Shown piece after piece: positions 17,626 through 27,164 of a stretch of DNA of 43,093 nucleotides. The position numbers and the translations under genes were made by a program. The stretch comes from a virus. The notes under the pieces are model-generated. The model was not told the origin of the DNA. It worked only from the letters and a program-made list of their open reading frames with translations, and made no database searches. Within the stretch, counting starts at the first letter, position 1. The number at the start of each line of letters is the position of its first letter. The stretch is from positions 1-43,093 of IMG/VR virus record IMGVR_UViG_3300045988_049952, one strand, 5' to 3'.

Positions 17626-18210
17626 TCACCCCTTATCTCTGATTACATAGGTAATGGACTTTCGCATCTCACCCGTGTCAATGAGCGGGCTGTTGCTTCC
17701 CTTTGCCTTGATTGTTCGCGCCGAGTTCGGCGGCCATTGGTTCTTTGGATTCTCAAACCATGCACGCGCGGCATTCTGCGCGACCATACCGGCGAGCTCC
17801 AGTCCGCGCTCTGCCCCTGCCATATCCCCGCGCATCGCCGCACAATACGCTCCTGCGACCTGCTTCCCGATCGCCTCCTTGCTGTCCCTGATGGCAGGTT
17901 CGAGCACGGGACGCGGGGGTATGGCATAGGCGGGGCTTCCATGTGTCTGCACATAGAGGCTGTGCGCTGCACTGTAGAGCATCCCTGCGTCGATGTTCTG
18001 CTTCATCTCTGCACGCATGACAGGTGCGCGTACACCGTGCGTGTGGACATAGAGCAGTTCAGCGTTGTTCACCATGTCACCGCCCGGACGCTGCGCCTCC
18101 TCCTGTGGGATTCCTACGAGGACTTCCTTTTTCGTCAGAGATCGGAGCTTATCTACCATCGCAGAAAAGCCCCTGCCTGACTTTGTGACGGTCGCTGTAC
18201 CTGTTACCAT
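17626..18210 (-). CDS. HK97 gp10-like head-tail joining / tail completion protein
   Basis: 194 aa in the conserved position. Sequence resembles the gp10 family. Confidence 0.45.
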   Translation of the reverse strand: MVTGTATVTKSGRGFSAMVDKLRSLTKKEVLVGIPQEEAQRPGGDMVNNAELLYVHTHGVRAPVMRAEMKQNIDAGMLYSAAHSLYVQTHGSPAYAIPPRPVLEPAIRDSKEAIGKQVAGAYCAAMRGDMAGAERGLELAGMVAQNAARAWFENPKNQWPPNSARTIKAKGSNSPLIDTGEMRKSITYVIRDKG

Positions 18211-18680
18211 ACGACCATCCCTCCGACTGCGTGCATCCGTGCGAGGGTAATGAACTGCTGCCCGTAGGCGGTCAGCTTGTACGTCCCCCAGCCTGCGAAG
18301 TCCTCGTTGATGCTGCCGAAGTCGTAGGACACAGAGATGTCACCCGCGCTCTTGGAGCTCTGCAGCCCCTTGGCGAGTCCCGCAGAGATTTTCTTCTGCA
18401 CAGGATCATCCGCACTGCCCGCCGTCTGCAAGTACAGCGTCAGCCAGTGCGCGATGTAGAGGCCCATGCAGATTTCCCATGCGTCATGGTATCGGGCCTT
18501 GTGAATGGATGCCTGAGCCATATTGACCCATGCTTTCAGCACAACATCCGAAACAGTCCCGCCGCCGAACTGCGGATAGGCGGCGAGAAAATCCTCGGCT
18601 GTGTATTCGGGATTGCCGCCCGTGCGAATGTTCGACGCGGAGGCGATAATCCCGAAGACGTCCACTCCTTCGTAGAGCAT
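18204..18680 (-). CDS. Head-tail connector protein (DUF4054/gp6-like)
   Basis: 158 aa downstream of the capsid genes. Confidence 0.4.
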   Translation of the reverse strand: MLYEGVDVFGIIASASNIRTGGNPEYTAEDFLAAYPQFGGGTVSDVVLKAWVNMAQASIHKARYHDAWEICMGLYIAHWLTLYLQTAGSADDPVQKKISAGLAKGLQSSKSAGDISVSYDFGSINEDFAGWGTYKLTAYGQQFITLARMHAVGGMVVW

Positions 18681-18683
18681 GTC

Positions 18684-18935
18684 TTACTCCTTCTTGTCGC
18701 CATCCTTCGGCGGCTTCGGCGTCTTGTCATCCTTTACGTCGCCATCCTTCGGCGTCTTGTCATCTTTCGGCTCGCTGCCGATCTCAATGCTGCCGTCAGC
18801 AAGAGCCCATCCGTACATCGGGTCTTTCTCGACCCAGTCGGGGAGTGACGCGAACGCGTACGGCTCCGCCGTCACGATCTCGCCCGTCTCCGGGTTGCGG
18901 AATCCGATCTTCTGTTTCGCCACGAGTTTAATCAT
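18684..18935 (-). CDS. Small head protein with Lys/Asp/Pro-rich C-terminal repeats (KDDKTPKDGDVKDDKTPKPPKDGDKKE)
   Basis: 83-aa ORF between the capsid and the connector. Confidence 0.4.
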   Translation of the reverse strand: MIKLVAKQKIGFRNPETGEIVTAEPYAFASLPDWVEKDPMYGWALADGSIEIGSEPKDDKTPKDGDVKDDKTPKPPKDGDKKE

Positions 18936-18948
18936 GCTGTGCCTCCTC

Positions 18949-19962
18949 TCAGATGCCGTCGCGGTAGATGAACGGCTCGATGTAGTGAATCTTGACCTGC
19001 CCGACGTTCGCCATGTAGAGGCTGTCGTAGGACGCCGTATTGACGTTCGGCTGCGTCATGACGCGGCTCATCGGTACGGGCACATCCATGCCGACAAAGC
19101 GGCGCTGGTTAACGTAGGCGACCATGCGGTTCTTCTTGCCGACGCCTGCGCCGATGCAGAACCGGCACTCAGCGATCACGAGGTCGACGCCCTTTGCCTT
19201 GGCAATGTTGTGATCGACAAGGTACTGCATGATGGATACGGGTGTTGGATATCCGTTGACGCTCACCATCGTGCGGTTGATGTACGCGAAGTTCGCGGGG
19301 TCAATGAGGATGTGGTTCGGGATGGCACTGTTGTCGTACTGCGCGCCTGTCCATCCGGCGATGATCGCCTCGTCGATGTCATTGAGGATCTCGGTCGGAG
19401 TTTTGTGCGCCCAGTCCGTCTGACCGCTTGCACCAGCTGTGACAGCCGTCGCCGTGATCTCCTTGTCGTTGAGCAGCCCCGTCGTGCCGTACGCCTCCTG
19501 TCCGAGGTAGGTGTTGATGTCCATGTACTTGTCGTAGTCGAGGCGGATGCCGTCGTTGTAGATGTCCTCGATGCTGCGGCCGGTAACCGCGCCGCGCAGC
19601 TGATCCTGAATCTTAATGGACATGGAGACCTCATACGGGAGCACCTTGTAGAGGTCCTTCGAGAGGTCTGCCTGAATCCGGCGCACGGCATTCTGGACGC
19701 CGCCGACGCCGTCTGCCTGTCCGCCCGTGACGCTGTACTCGACGTTGAACGCGGACGTTGCCTCAACCCAGCCGCCGCCGCTCTCGATCTCAATATCGCA
19801 CGGATAAGTCGTGCTTGTGAGAGGCTCGCGCAGAAGCGGATCGAGTTTTTCGAGCTCGCTCTCAAGGAACGCAAGCCCGCTCGATACGGCCGCTGCATCC
19901 ATTGTCAGCAGCGGCGATCCGCCGCGCTGCGGTGCAATCGCAAGATTATACTGTTTCTTCAT
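18949..19962 (-). CDS. Major capsid protein
   Basis: 337 aa downstream of the scaffold and decoration genes. Strong RBS. Composition typical of a major capsid protein. Confidence 0.6.
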   Translation of the reverse strand: MKKQYNLAIAPQRGGSPLLTMDAAAVSSGLAFLESELEKLDPLLREPLTSTTYPCDIEIESGGGWVEATSAFNVEYSVTGGQADGVGGVQNAVRRIQADLSKDLYKVLPYEVSMSIKIQDQLRGAVTGRSIEDIYNDGIRLDYDKYMDINTYLGQEAYGTTGLLNDKEITATAVTAGASGQTDWAHKTPTEILNDIDEAIIAGWTGAQYDNSAIPNHILIDPANFAYINRTMVSVNGYPTPVSIMQYLVDHNIAKAKGVDLVIAECRFCIGAGVGKKNRMVAYVNQRRFVGMDVPVPMSRVMTQPNVNTASYDSLYMANVGQVKIHYIEPFIYRDGI

Positions 19963-19977
19963 ATCTGTTCTCCTCTC

Positions 19978-20496
19978 TTACACGCCCTGACGCATGATGA
20001 TCGTGAGCTCTGCGACGTTGCGTGCATCTGCTCCGCTCGACCACTTAACGCCTTTGAGTTCGACGCAGTTGCCTGCCTCGTTTTCCGCACCGAGATCGCC
20101 GACCTTCGCCCCTGCGGGGCTTGTGCCGCTGACGACCTTCGTGCGGACGTAGACCTTCGCGCCGACCTTTGGCGTTCCCCATGCACACGTTGCGGAGATG
20201 CCGCCGCGCTGGAGCACGTCGCACGCCTCGCCCGCTGCGTAATATCCGAAATTCTGATAGGGGTACACCTTCGCCGCCTTGACCTTGCGCATGGCAATGC
20301 CCGCGAAGTCGTCGGCGGTATTCGTCGCGCCGAAGATTGCGACCGAGCCGTCCTCCTTCTGGATGACGGGTGCCCCGAACGGGATATCTGCCGCCCCTGC
20401 GGCAACAGGGCGCGTGCGGCTGACCTCATCGCCCTGGCGGGACGCCTGCCCCGGATATCCATAGGTCATGTTGATTCCGATTGTAGTTCCCGGCAT
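19978..20496 (-). CDS. Capsid-associated structural protein (DUF2190-like / possible decoration protein)
   Basis: 172 aa, Gly/Ala-rich and beta-rich, between the scaffold and the major capsid gene. Confidence 0.4.
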   Translation of the reverse strand: MPGTTIGINMTYGYPGQASRQGDEVSRTRPVAAGAADIPFGAPVIQKEDGSVAIFGATNTADDFAGIAMRKVKAAKVYPYQNFGYYAAGEACDVLQRGGISATCAWGTPKVGAKVYVRTKVVSGTSPAGAKVGDLGAENEAGNCVELKGVKWSSGADARNVAELTIIMRQGV

Positions 20497-20498
20497 AA

Positions 20499-21755
20499 TT
20501 ACTTCTCCTCCTTCTTGCAGTGCGGATTACGCTTACGGCAATTCTCGCCGTAGGCACGCATCTCTTTCTCCCGCGTTGCAGCATCCGCCGTTTTCCGACG
20601 CGAGAGGACACCATAGCCCCCGGGGAGCGGCTGCGTGTCCCGTGTGCGCATGGCCTTCTTGAGCGTGCGCGAGAGTGCATCCGACGCACGTCTCTGCTGA
20701 CGCGGCGGCATAGCGGCGATGAACGGTCGCATGGTGCGGATCACCGACAGCGCAAGTGCGCGGTCTGCCGCAGTCACAGGCTTCTTTTCGTCTGCCGGCA
20801 CATCCTCGGGATCCTCATCCTCTTCGAGCTGCTCGGGCGGCACGGTCACGCTCTCCTCCTCGGATTCGTCATCCTCCGTTTTGGCAGGCTTATCACCGCC
20901 CTCTTCCAGCTCCTCTTCGAGGTCGTCCAGTGCCTCGGTCTCCTCGACCTCATCGCCCGGCTTTTCATCCGGATCGTCGTCCTGCGCCTTCTGTTTCTGG
21001 AATGCGTCCACCTTGGCGCTGAGTGCCTCCATCGCATCCACGATTGCCTGGACGTCCTTCTCCATCGTGTTTTGCTGCGTCTCAGCAGGATCACCGCCCT
21101 CTGCCTCGTCGACAGCGCGTGCCGCTTCGCGGACTTCCTCCGGCTCTGCATCTTTTGCGAATGCCGCAAACATGCGATGCAGAATACTACCTTTTTTTGC
21201 CATCTTTTTTCCTCCTTCTGGCTTTGTCTTGGCGTCGCGAATAGACACATCGTGCCCCGCACGCCCCTCCTCGACAACGGCGACATGATTGCCGATGATA
21301 TCCATCTGGCAGTATGTTCCGTCGTCCCTCTCGATGTATTTGCACTCGTACCCGCACGAAATTTCACGCTTTCCTGCGTCAATCTTGGCAATGAGCGCGG
21401 CGTCGTACACGACGAGATCGCAAATCAATTTGTCCCTGTCCGCCCCGCTGCCGCGCCGGACGTTCTGGACTGTGCCCTTGGTGTAGCTCGCGTAGTTCGA
21501 GGCATCCACACCGACGGGCGGGTGATCATCTGTCACAGGCTTTCCCTCGAAGGACGCGATCGCTGCTGGCTTAAAAACTTCATCCTCCTCGCGGTACACC
21601 TTAAGGAATCCGCCGCCGTCGTCTGCAACGCCGAGTTCCTGCGGTGTGTATTCCTGCATCCCCGTGCGGCAGATCGGGACGCTGTGACACACGAGGAATC
21701 CTTCGGGCGTCTTGGTCATGTGGGCGGAGAATCGCGCCCCGTAGAATGCTTTCAA
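20499..21755 (-). CDS. XkdF-like (DUF2213) prohead protease / scaffold protein with acidic coiled-coil C-terminal half and a nested internal start near 21203
   Basis: N-terminal globular domain. The C-terminal half is Asp/Glu-rich. An internal AAGGAGGAAAAAAG-ATG (MAKKGSILHRMFAAF...) is in frame. Confidence 0.55.
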   Translation of the reverse strand: MKAFYGARFSAHMTKTPEGFLVCHSVPICRTGMQEYTPQELGVADDGGGFLKVYREEDEVFKPAAIASFEGKPVTDDHPPVGVDASNYASYTKGTVQNVRRGSGADRDKLICDLVVYDAALIAKIDAGKREISCGYECKYIERDDGTYCQMDIIGNHVAVVEEGRAGHDVSIRDAKTKPEGGKKMAKKGSILHRMFAAFAKDAEPEEVREAARAVDEAEGGDPAETQQNTMEKDVQAIVDAMEALSAKVDAFQKQKAQDDDPDEKPGDEVEETEALDDLEEELEEGGDKPAKTEDDESEEESVTVPPEQLEEDEDPEDVPADEKKPVTAADRALALSVIRTMRPFIAAMPPRQQRRASDALSRTLKKAMRTRDTQPLPGGYGVLSRRKTADAATREKEMRAYGENCRKRNPHCKKEEK

Positions 21756-21782
21756 TGGACATCCCCCCTCAAAATTGCCATA

Positions 21783-21810
21783 AGAAAACCCGCCCAGAAT
21801 GAGCGGGTTA
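21783..21810 (-). terminator. Hairpin AACCCGC-TCATTCTGG-GCGGGTT with flanking T-run, possible attenuator inside the late operon
   Basis: 7-bp GC-rich stem directly downstream of the 21812 ORF stop. Confidence 0.4.
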
Positions 21811-21811
21811 T

Positions 21812-22384
21812 TTAAGAGTTTTCCTTTTTAGGCTTCAGCTGCATTCCCCAGCCGCCGCATTCCACAAGCTCAAACCGCCCGTGTTTATTCGCCAACGCCT
21901 TTATGCTGCTCTGCTGGTTGCGCGTAAGATCATCCCATTTGACAATGACCTCCCCGCGTTTCTCACGCTTTGTATTGCGGTGCTCTGACAAATCGACGCC
22001 CACCTGCTCGTTGATATAGGACATCAGCTTTTCTGCCTCTGTCCCCTTTTTCTTTGGTGCGGGCTTAGGCTTCTCCTTCGGCGTGAACTCATGCTTTGTC
22101 TTTCCCGTCCACTCCTTGCCGGTGAACTTCTCGCCAGCACCGCCGTCGATCTTTCCCTCCGTCAAGTGCACCTTCGAGCCGTTAATCGTGCGCCAGTTCT
22201 TGGGGTCTGGGTCTTTCGGATGCGCAGCGTCCATCGTCAGCCCCTTGTGCATGGCGTAGGCATCCAGGCGCATGGAAAGTGCCATCAGTCCGATAGCGAT
22301 GCGCTTTAGTTTGTTTGCCACATCAGAATCCTCCTTCAAGCCGCTTCCTAGACATACGCTCAATGTTCCCACTACGATACACAC
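21812..22384 (-). CDS. Hypothetical Lys-rich head protein
   Basis: 190-aa ORF between the MuF and XkdF-like genes. The start is uncertain. Confidence 0.35.
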   Translation of the reverse strand: MCIVVGTLSVCLGSGLKEDSDVANKLKRIAIGLMALSMRLDAYAMHKGLTMDAAHPKDPDPKNWRTINGSKVHLTEGKIDGGAGEKFTGKEWTGKTKHEFTPKEKPKPAPKKKGTEAEKLMSYINEQVGVDLSEHRNTKREKRGEVIVKWDDLTRNQQSSIKALANKHGRFELVECGGWGMQLKPKKENS

Positions 22385-23195
22385 GCATCGGGAAATTCAG
22401 TAAATCCAAATCAACGACAGGCTCTGGGTAACATCGGCAATTCGGGCACTGCCCTGCATGGTAGTGCCCGAGCGTGTTCTTGTACGGTGTTCCATCGACG
22501 TGGCGCAGAGGGAACAAATCCTCGGGCGCGGGCGGGTCGCTCCAGCGCACCAGCACACCACTCATGTGGCGGTGGCTAGATCGCGTCCTGCCATCGCCGT
22601 TATTTCCTCCGCATGCCCGCCACACATACCAATGGAGCCCTAGGTCTTCTGCGCGTGCCCGTACGATGTTCGTCTGCGTCATGGACACCTGCGTCCGTGC
22701 GATCAGCTGCGCTCGCGCCGTCGTGTCGTCGGGAAACATCCGGACAATCTCATCGGCGATGTCCGACGCCCTGCGCCCCTTCATCGCCTCTCGATCAACG
22801 TAGGACGCCACGTCAGAGGCGATGTTCTTCGGCAGTGTGCTGATAAGGTCTGCATTCTGCTGCACAAGCGCTCGTATTCGCCCCCCACGCGCCCCCTGGA
22901 GCTCCTTTTTCAGGGCTTGGTATATCTCCCTTCCCCTGCCGTTATTCCGCGCCGCCTCGCGCCACGTACGCGCCGTATCGTCGAATAGCCCTGTCACCAT
23001 CTTCATGGCGATTGCCTCCGAGAGACGGATAAAGTCTGGCGTCCGCGCGATGTGTTCGAGCGTCGCGACAATGAGCTGCGGGTCGCTCGTTTCACCGACA
23101 CGCGAGACGATCCTCTTTGCCATGTCGAGAAGTGCTCTGCGAAATGCCACCTCAATCCTGCGCTTCGGCATCCATAGCGGCTGGTTCACATGCAC
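22323..23195 (-). CDS. Minor head protein, Mu F / SPP1 gp7 family
   Basis: 290 aa with the MuF-like central region ...TQVSMTQTNIVRARAEDLGL... and C-terminal Cys cluster CPNCRC. Downstream of the portal. Confidence 0.65.
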   Translation of the reverse strand: MHVNQPLWMPKRRIEVAFRRALLDMAKRIVSRVGETSDPQLIVATLEHIARTPDFIRLSEAIAMKMVTGLFDDTARTWREAARNNGRGREIYQALKKELQGARGGRIRALVQQNADLISTLPKNIASDVASYVDREAMKGRRASDIADEIVRMFPDDTTARAQLIARTQVSMTQTNIVRARAEDLGLHWYVWRACGGNNGDGRTRSSHRHMSGVLVRWSDPPAPEDLFPLRHVDGTPYKNTLGHYHAGQCPNCRCYPEPVVDLDLLNFPMRVYRSGNIERMSRKRLEGGF

Positions 23196-23317
23196 CCCTC
23201 CTCAAAATGGGTATCAAAAAACCGCCTCTTTCGAGACGGTTCAGTTATCGGATTTGTCTGCCCTCTTTGTATACTTATCGAGTTTCGTTGAGTGGCATGC
23301 GATCTTCGATGCCCTAC

Positions 23318-23524
23318 CTACTTCGTTTTTTCTCCACGCTTATGGGCTTCACGTGCCTCATTGAGGGACATCTGATTCGCCCCTCCTTTGTAGTCTGGGT
23401 GTTCAAATTGCAAAGGGTCATCTTCCCAGTGGCACACCATACATACATCATACTGGTGTCCGCTTTCCACCTTTCCTTCTCCGCAGCAAGGACACGCCAC
23501 GAGGACTTCATTGTTTTCCGCCAT
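23318..23524 (-). CDS. CPCC-family cysteine-rich small protein
   Basis: Motif ACPCCGEG...CMVCHWEDDP. Confidence 0.55.
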   Translation of the reverse strand: MAENNEVLVACPCCGEGKVESGHQYDVCMVCHWEDDPLQFEHPDYKGGANQMSLNEAREAHKRGEKTK

Positions 23525-25373
23525 TTTTCAAATCCCCCTCTCTCATCGATTGGTAATATTTCTCTCCTGCTGTTGGCTTGAACATTGTCAGAATTCCCTT
23601 TTGGACATTCGCCTTGACGAAGTCGTTTTCCTTGCGGTCATACCGCACAATGATTCCGTCCTTGTCGATGTGCCCGAGGATGTCCCCGCCCGTCGGCATC
23701 TCCGCAAGGCTCACTGCCCGCTGGACGTACTGCTCCATCGTAAAGTCTGGGTATTCGTCTTGATGGGTTCTGCCGTTCTTCCAGTGGTTCATCAGCTTCT
23801 GCCGACTGGCAAATCCGCGCACTTGCAGGCGGTTCGCCCCGCTGGGGCTCGGTGTTACACTATCACTTTTTTCTGCGTTTGTCGAGCCCTCACCGAATCG
23901 CCCATCTGCCCGCCGTGGATGCTTCTCTTCCTCCCACTTCGCATCAGTCGTCTGCTGCGGTTCTCCACCGCCGAACGCTCCATTCATCAAATCGCTCATG
24001 CCTTCATCGGGCTGCATTACCGAATCGTCGGCTTTCTCTATGTCTTCGTCAGTGATATTGCTCCACATCCCCGTCATCTCCGCCTGCTGGCGCAGCTCCT
24101 TGAGTGCTGTCCGCTGGCTGACCATGCCCGCTTGGAATGCCTTTGTTACGCTGTCCGTGTTCTTCGAGGCCAGGTCTGCCATCTCATCGTCACGCGGACG
24201 ACGAACGGGATTGAACTCGTAGTCCCAGTCGTCGGGAATCCCGCCGAGCGTAGAGATGAACATGATCGGCAGAATCTTATCGTACACCGGGCGAAGGTCA
24301 GCTTCCTGCTTTTCCTCGATGGTGTCGTAGTAGTTCTGCATGTCGCTCTCGCCCGTGGCGTTCATTCCTGCGGGACTGCGTCCGAACAACTTCGTCACGG
24401 GTGTCTCTGCTGCGCCTGCGACGTCCATCATAAAGCGGTCGTAGGTCTCTCCAATTCCTCCGAAGGTGTACTGGTGCGTCTCGTAGCTGTCATTCTCGCC
24501 AAGCACCTGCAGGCTGTTGTTGTTCATCATGGCGTTCATTCCCTGGATGGTGTTGTAGAGCTGCATCTGCGCCTGCTCGTTTCCTGTCGCGAGCAGCTGC
24601 CCCATCCCGTCCATTTTCATCACGCGGAGGTTCGCCATGAACGTCAGCATGGCAATGTTCCAGCTGACGTTGTCTCGCTTCTTGAGCTCGTCGATGACGT
24701 GCTCGAGCTCGGATGCTCCCCAGTATGTCTCTGCGAGCTGCTCAAGGTACGGAAGCGGCCGCCCCATGAATCGAATGATGCGGCTGTGATGCACACGGAT
24801 ACCAACAGTCAGCGCATCGCTAGAAACGGTGTAATACTCCGGCATTCCAAACTCAGGATCCGAAATGTCGCTGACGAGTTTATCCTCGGGCGTTACCCCC
24901 GACCATCGATCGAGGACGAGCAGGCCCTTGTACGAGCCCGGCATGATCATGTCGTAGTCGAGGGGTTGATCGAGCTGGTTTTCGTGCCCCTCAATCATGA
25001 TAAGGGCCCCTGCGCCGCCGTAAAGCCGTCCCCATTTCAGTCCTTCGAGGATGCGGCGGCTGGTGCGCGTCGTGCGGTCACAGCGGACGATCTTCTTGAT
25101 CTGGTCGGGAGAGAGCTGCGTCAGGATGTGGTATCCGTTCTTGATCATGTCCTCCGGGATAACGTCGATAATGCGTCGCACGATCCAGTGGGAGCGATAG
25201 AGCGCGTTGATCGTCTGCCAGTTCCGCGTGAACCGTGTCAAGGTATACTCTGTCGCTTCCAACGCATTCGGCATGAACACACCGGAGCGAGTCATTGGAT
25301 TCTGGAACGAATCGTTCGTTCTCTGCTGCCGCACGGCGGTCTTTTTCTTCTTGCTCATTCTCTCCTCCTCCAT
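23508..25373 (-). CDS. Portal protein with about 110-aa C-terminal extension domain
   Basis: 621 aa at the portal position downstream of terL, with a portal-like core. The C-terminal segment after EEEKHPRRADGRFGEG is a distinct globular region. Confidence 0.7.
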   Translation of the reverse strand: MEEERMSKKKKTAVRQQRTNDSFQNPMTRSGVFMPNALEATEYTLTRFTRNWQTINALYRSHWIVRRIIDVIPEDMIKNGYHILTQLSPDQIKKIVRCDRTTRTSRRILEGLKWGRLYGGAGALIMIEGHENQLDQPLDYDMIMPGSYKGLLVLDRWSGVTPEDKLVSDISDPEFGMPEYYTVSSDALTVGIRVHHSRIIRFMGRPLPYLEQLAETYWGASELEHVIDELKKRDNVSWNIAMLTFMANLRVMKMDGMGQLLATGNEQAQMQLYNTIQGMNAMMNNNSLQVLGENDSYETHQYTFGGIGETYDRFMMDVAGAAETPVTKLFGRSPAGMNATGESDMQNYYDTIEEKQEADLRPVYDKILPIMFISTLGGIPDDWDYEFNPVRRPRDDEMADLASKNTDSVTKAFQAGMVSQRTALKELRQQAEMTGMWSNITDEDIEKADDSVMQPDEGMSDLMNGAFGGGEPQQTTDAKWEEEKHPRRADGRFGEGSTNAEKSDSVTPSPSGANRLQVRGFASRQKLMNHWKNGRTHQDEYPDFTMEQYVQRAVSLAEMPTGGDILGHIDKDGIIVRYDRKENDFVKANVQKGILTMFKPTAGEKYYQSMREGDLKNGGKQ

Positions 25374-26626
25374 TTCGGCAGCATGGTATGCACATAATAG
25401 CGTAGGGCGTCCATCGCGTGATCTTCCTGCTTGACGGGCTTCTCCTCGCCCATCCGTGCCGCTCGCTCATCCCAGACGTAGCTCTGGAACTCGTCGATCA
25501 TCGGCTGGCAGTTTCTGCGGTGGATGCGAATTTTCTTCTTCGTCAGTAGCTTTGCGACCTCGCGGATGCCATCGTTGACGCTGTTGTCCGCGTCCTTCAC
25601 GCGGAAGCCCCGCCCTTGGCATTCGAGTTTGAAGCTCGCCGCCGACGGGTCAATGACGATAAAGTCTGGGTACTCCTCGCCGAGCATCGCCTCGAGGTCG
25701 TCTGCATATTGCGCGTCGGTTTTCTGCCGTTGCTCTTTACGGCTGTTCCAGTAGTAGAGATTCGGGATCCAGATCGTCTCTCCGTCATCGTAGATGTCAA
25801 GAAAGACCATCGGATTCTTCGTGCCGTAGTCACACGCGATGAAGCGGCGGCAGCTGCTTTTGAGTGTATTCGTGAATTCTGTATCGTCAAAGAGCAGATC
25901 GTCGCTGAACATGTCGTATATGACGCCCTCAGCGAGCACCCACAAACCAAGTACCATGCGCTGAAACCACATGCCGGAGTATGATGTTTTCAGGTTGTTC
26001 TTGAACTCCTCGTCCAGATTCGGATTGTCGTCCAACTCAAAATGCACAACTCTCACAAGCCCATCACGGAGCTTCTGCTCGCTTGTGACGTACTCCTTGT
26101 AGAGGTAGTGCATGGGGGAATCGGGGTTTGTGGTACTGTAGAGCTTCGCCCCTGGCACACTGAGGCGATTGAGGAGCTGCTTGAAGAACCGCTCGGGCAT
26201 CAACGTCAACTCATCGCAGTACGCCCCCGCGAGTGTCTTTCCTCGGATGAACTTCTCCGAGCCCTCGTCCTTCGCGCCGACGACCTTGATGCGTCGCACA
26301 TGCTCGCCGTCTGCGTCTCGCCAGAATACGTCCAGCGATCCGCTTTGTCTGTTGTAGTGGTAGTTCTCCTCGCCGATGGTGTCGAACAGGTCGTTCAGCA
26401 CGTTATCATAGATCGTGTCCTTGGACACACCAGTCATGAGCAGAAGCCCGGGCGGCCCCGTCATGATGTAGTTCAGCCACTTCGGAATCATGGCGACGGT
26501 CTTGCCGCTGCGGACGCTGCCCTCAAGGATATTGATGAAGGCGTCCTCCTCAATGGGCTTCTCGATGAAGTCCAGCGCCTTTGTACCCCAGTCCTTAAAC
26601 TCCATTAGGGCGCGTCCTCCTCTCAC
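25355..26626 (-). CDS. terL: Terminase large subunit (XtmB-like)
   Basis: Walker A-like GSVRSGKT and a C-terminal nuclease region. Position upstream of the portal. Confidence 0.85.
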   Translation of the reverse strand: MRGGRALMEFKDWGTKALDFIEKPIEEDAFINILEGSVRSGKTVAMIPKWLNYIMTGPPGLLLMTGVSKDTIYDNVLNDLFDTIGEENYHYNRQSGSLDVFWRDADGEHVRRIKVVGAKDEGSEKFIRGKTLAGAYCDELTLMPERFFKQLLNRLSVPGAKLYSTTNPDSPMHYLYKEYVTSEQKLRDGLVRVVHFELDDNPNLDEEFKNNLKTSYSGMWFQRMVLGLWVLAEGVIYDMFSDDLLFDDTEFTNTLKSSCRRFIACDYGTKNPMVFLDIYDDGETIWIPNLYYWNSRKEQRQKTDAQYADDLEAMLGEEYPDFIVIDPSAASFKLECQGRGFRVKDADNSVNDGIREVAKLLTKKKIRIHRRNCQPMIDEFQSYVWDERAARMGEEKPVKQEDHAMDALRYYVHTMLPKWRRRE

Positions 26627-27164
26627 GAGCCTTTTTTAGAGACTGCACAAGCTGCACCATTGTAGATTGCTCCGGCTCTTCGAGTGCTGCGATGGGACTT
26701 CCCTTCGTCGCACCGGGTCTGCCGACATCCGCCGCCTCGAGGCGAGCCTGACGCTCGAGCTCGATGCCCTGTGCGAGGTAGTCGAGGATATTCTTCGCGG
26801 ACAGGCTCTCATCGTCCAGCCGCAGGAGTGCGGTCATCGCCTTCTTTTGTAGTGCCTGTGCCATCGTCATGTGGTCTTTGAGCATCTTGCGGACGGCTTC
26901 GCGCGTCTCCTCCATGCTGATGCGCTGCAGCTCGTTATCGTATGCCCGCGCCCGCTCTACCCAGTCCCATGTGAAGCTCCATCGCTCCATTAAAGCAAGG
27001 GATTTTCCTAACTTTTTCGCGACACTTGCCAGACGACGTTTCTTCTTCTCTCCGTCCGGCTCATGGCTCATGTTTCGGTAGAGCAGAAAGGCTTCGTACG
27101 CGACCGAAGATTCACCCGCCTGGCGTTCCCATGGTTCCTGCTCGTTCGATATCTTCCTGCTCAT
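26595..27164 (-). CDS. Putative terminase small subunit
   Basis: 189 aa immediately upstream of terL. Helical and basic. No strong motif. Confidence 0.4.
   Translation of the reverse strand: MSRKISNEQEPWERQAGESSVAYEAFLLYRNMSHEPDGEKKKRRLASVAKKLGKSLALMERWSFTWDWVERARAYDNELQRISMEETREAVRKMLKDHMTMAQALQKKAMTALLRLDDESLSAKNILDYLAQGIELERQARLEAADVGRPGATKGSPIAALEEPEQSTMVQLVQSLKKARERRTRPNGV

Noticed and set aside
18679-20553. 624-aa plus-strand ORF
   Set aside because: It is an antisense shadow ORF across the capsid and decoration genes in a high-GC genome. The sequence is Arg/Ala/Asp-rich and low complexity, and it has no RBS.
23511-25397. 628-aa plus-strand ORF
   Set aside because: It is antisense to the portal gene with biased Arg/His/Leu composition, a typical GC-rich shadow frame.
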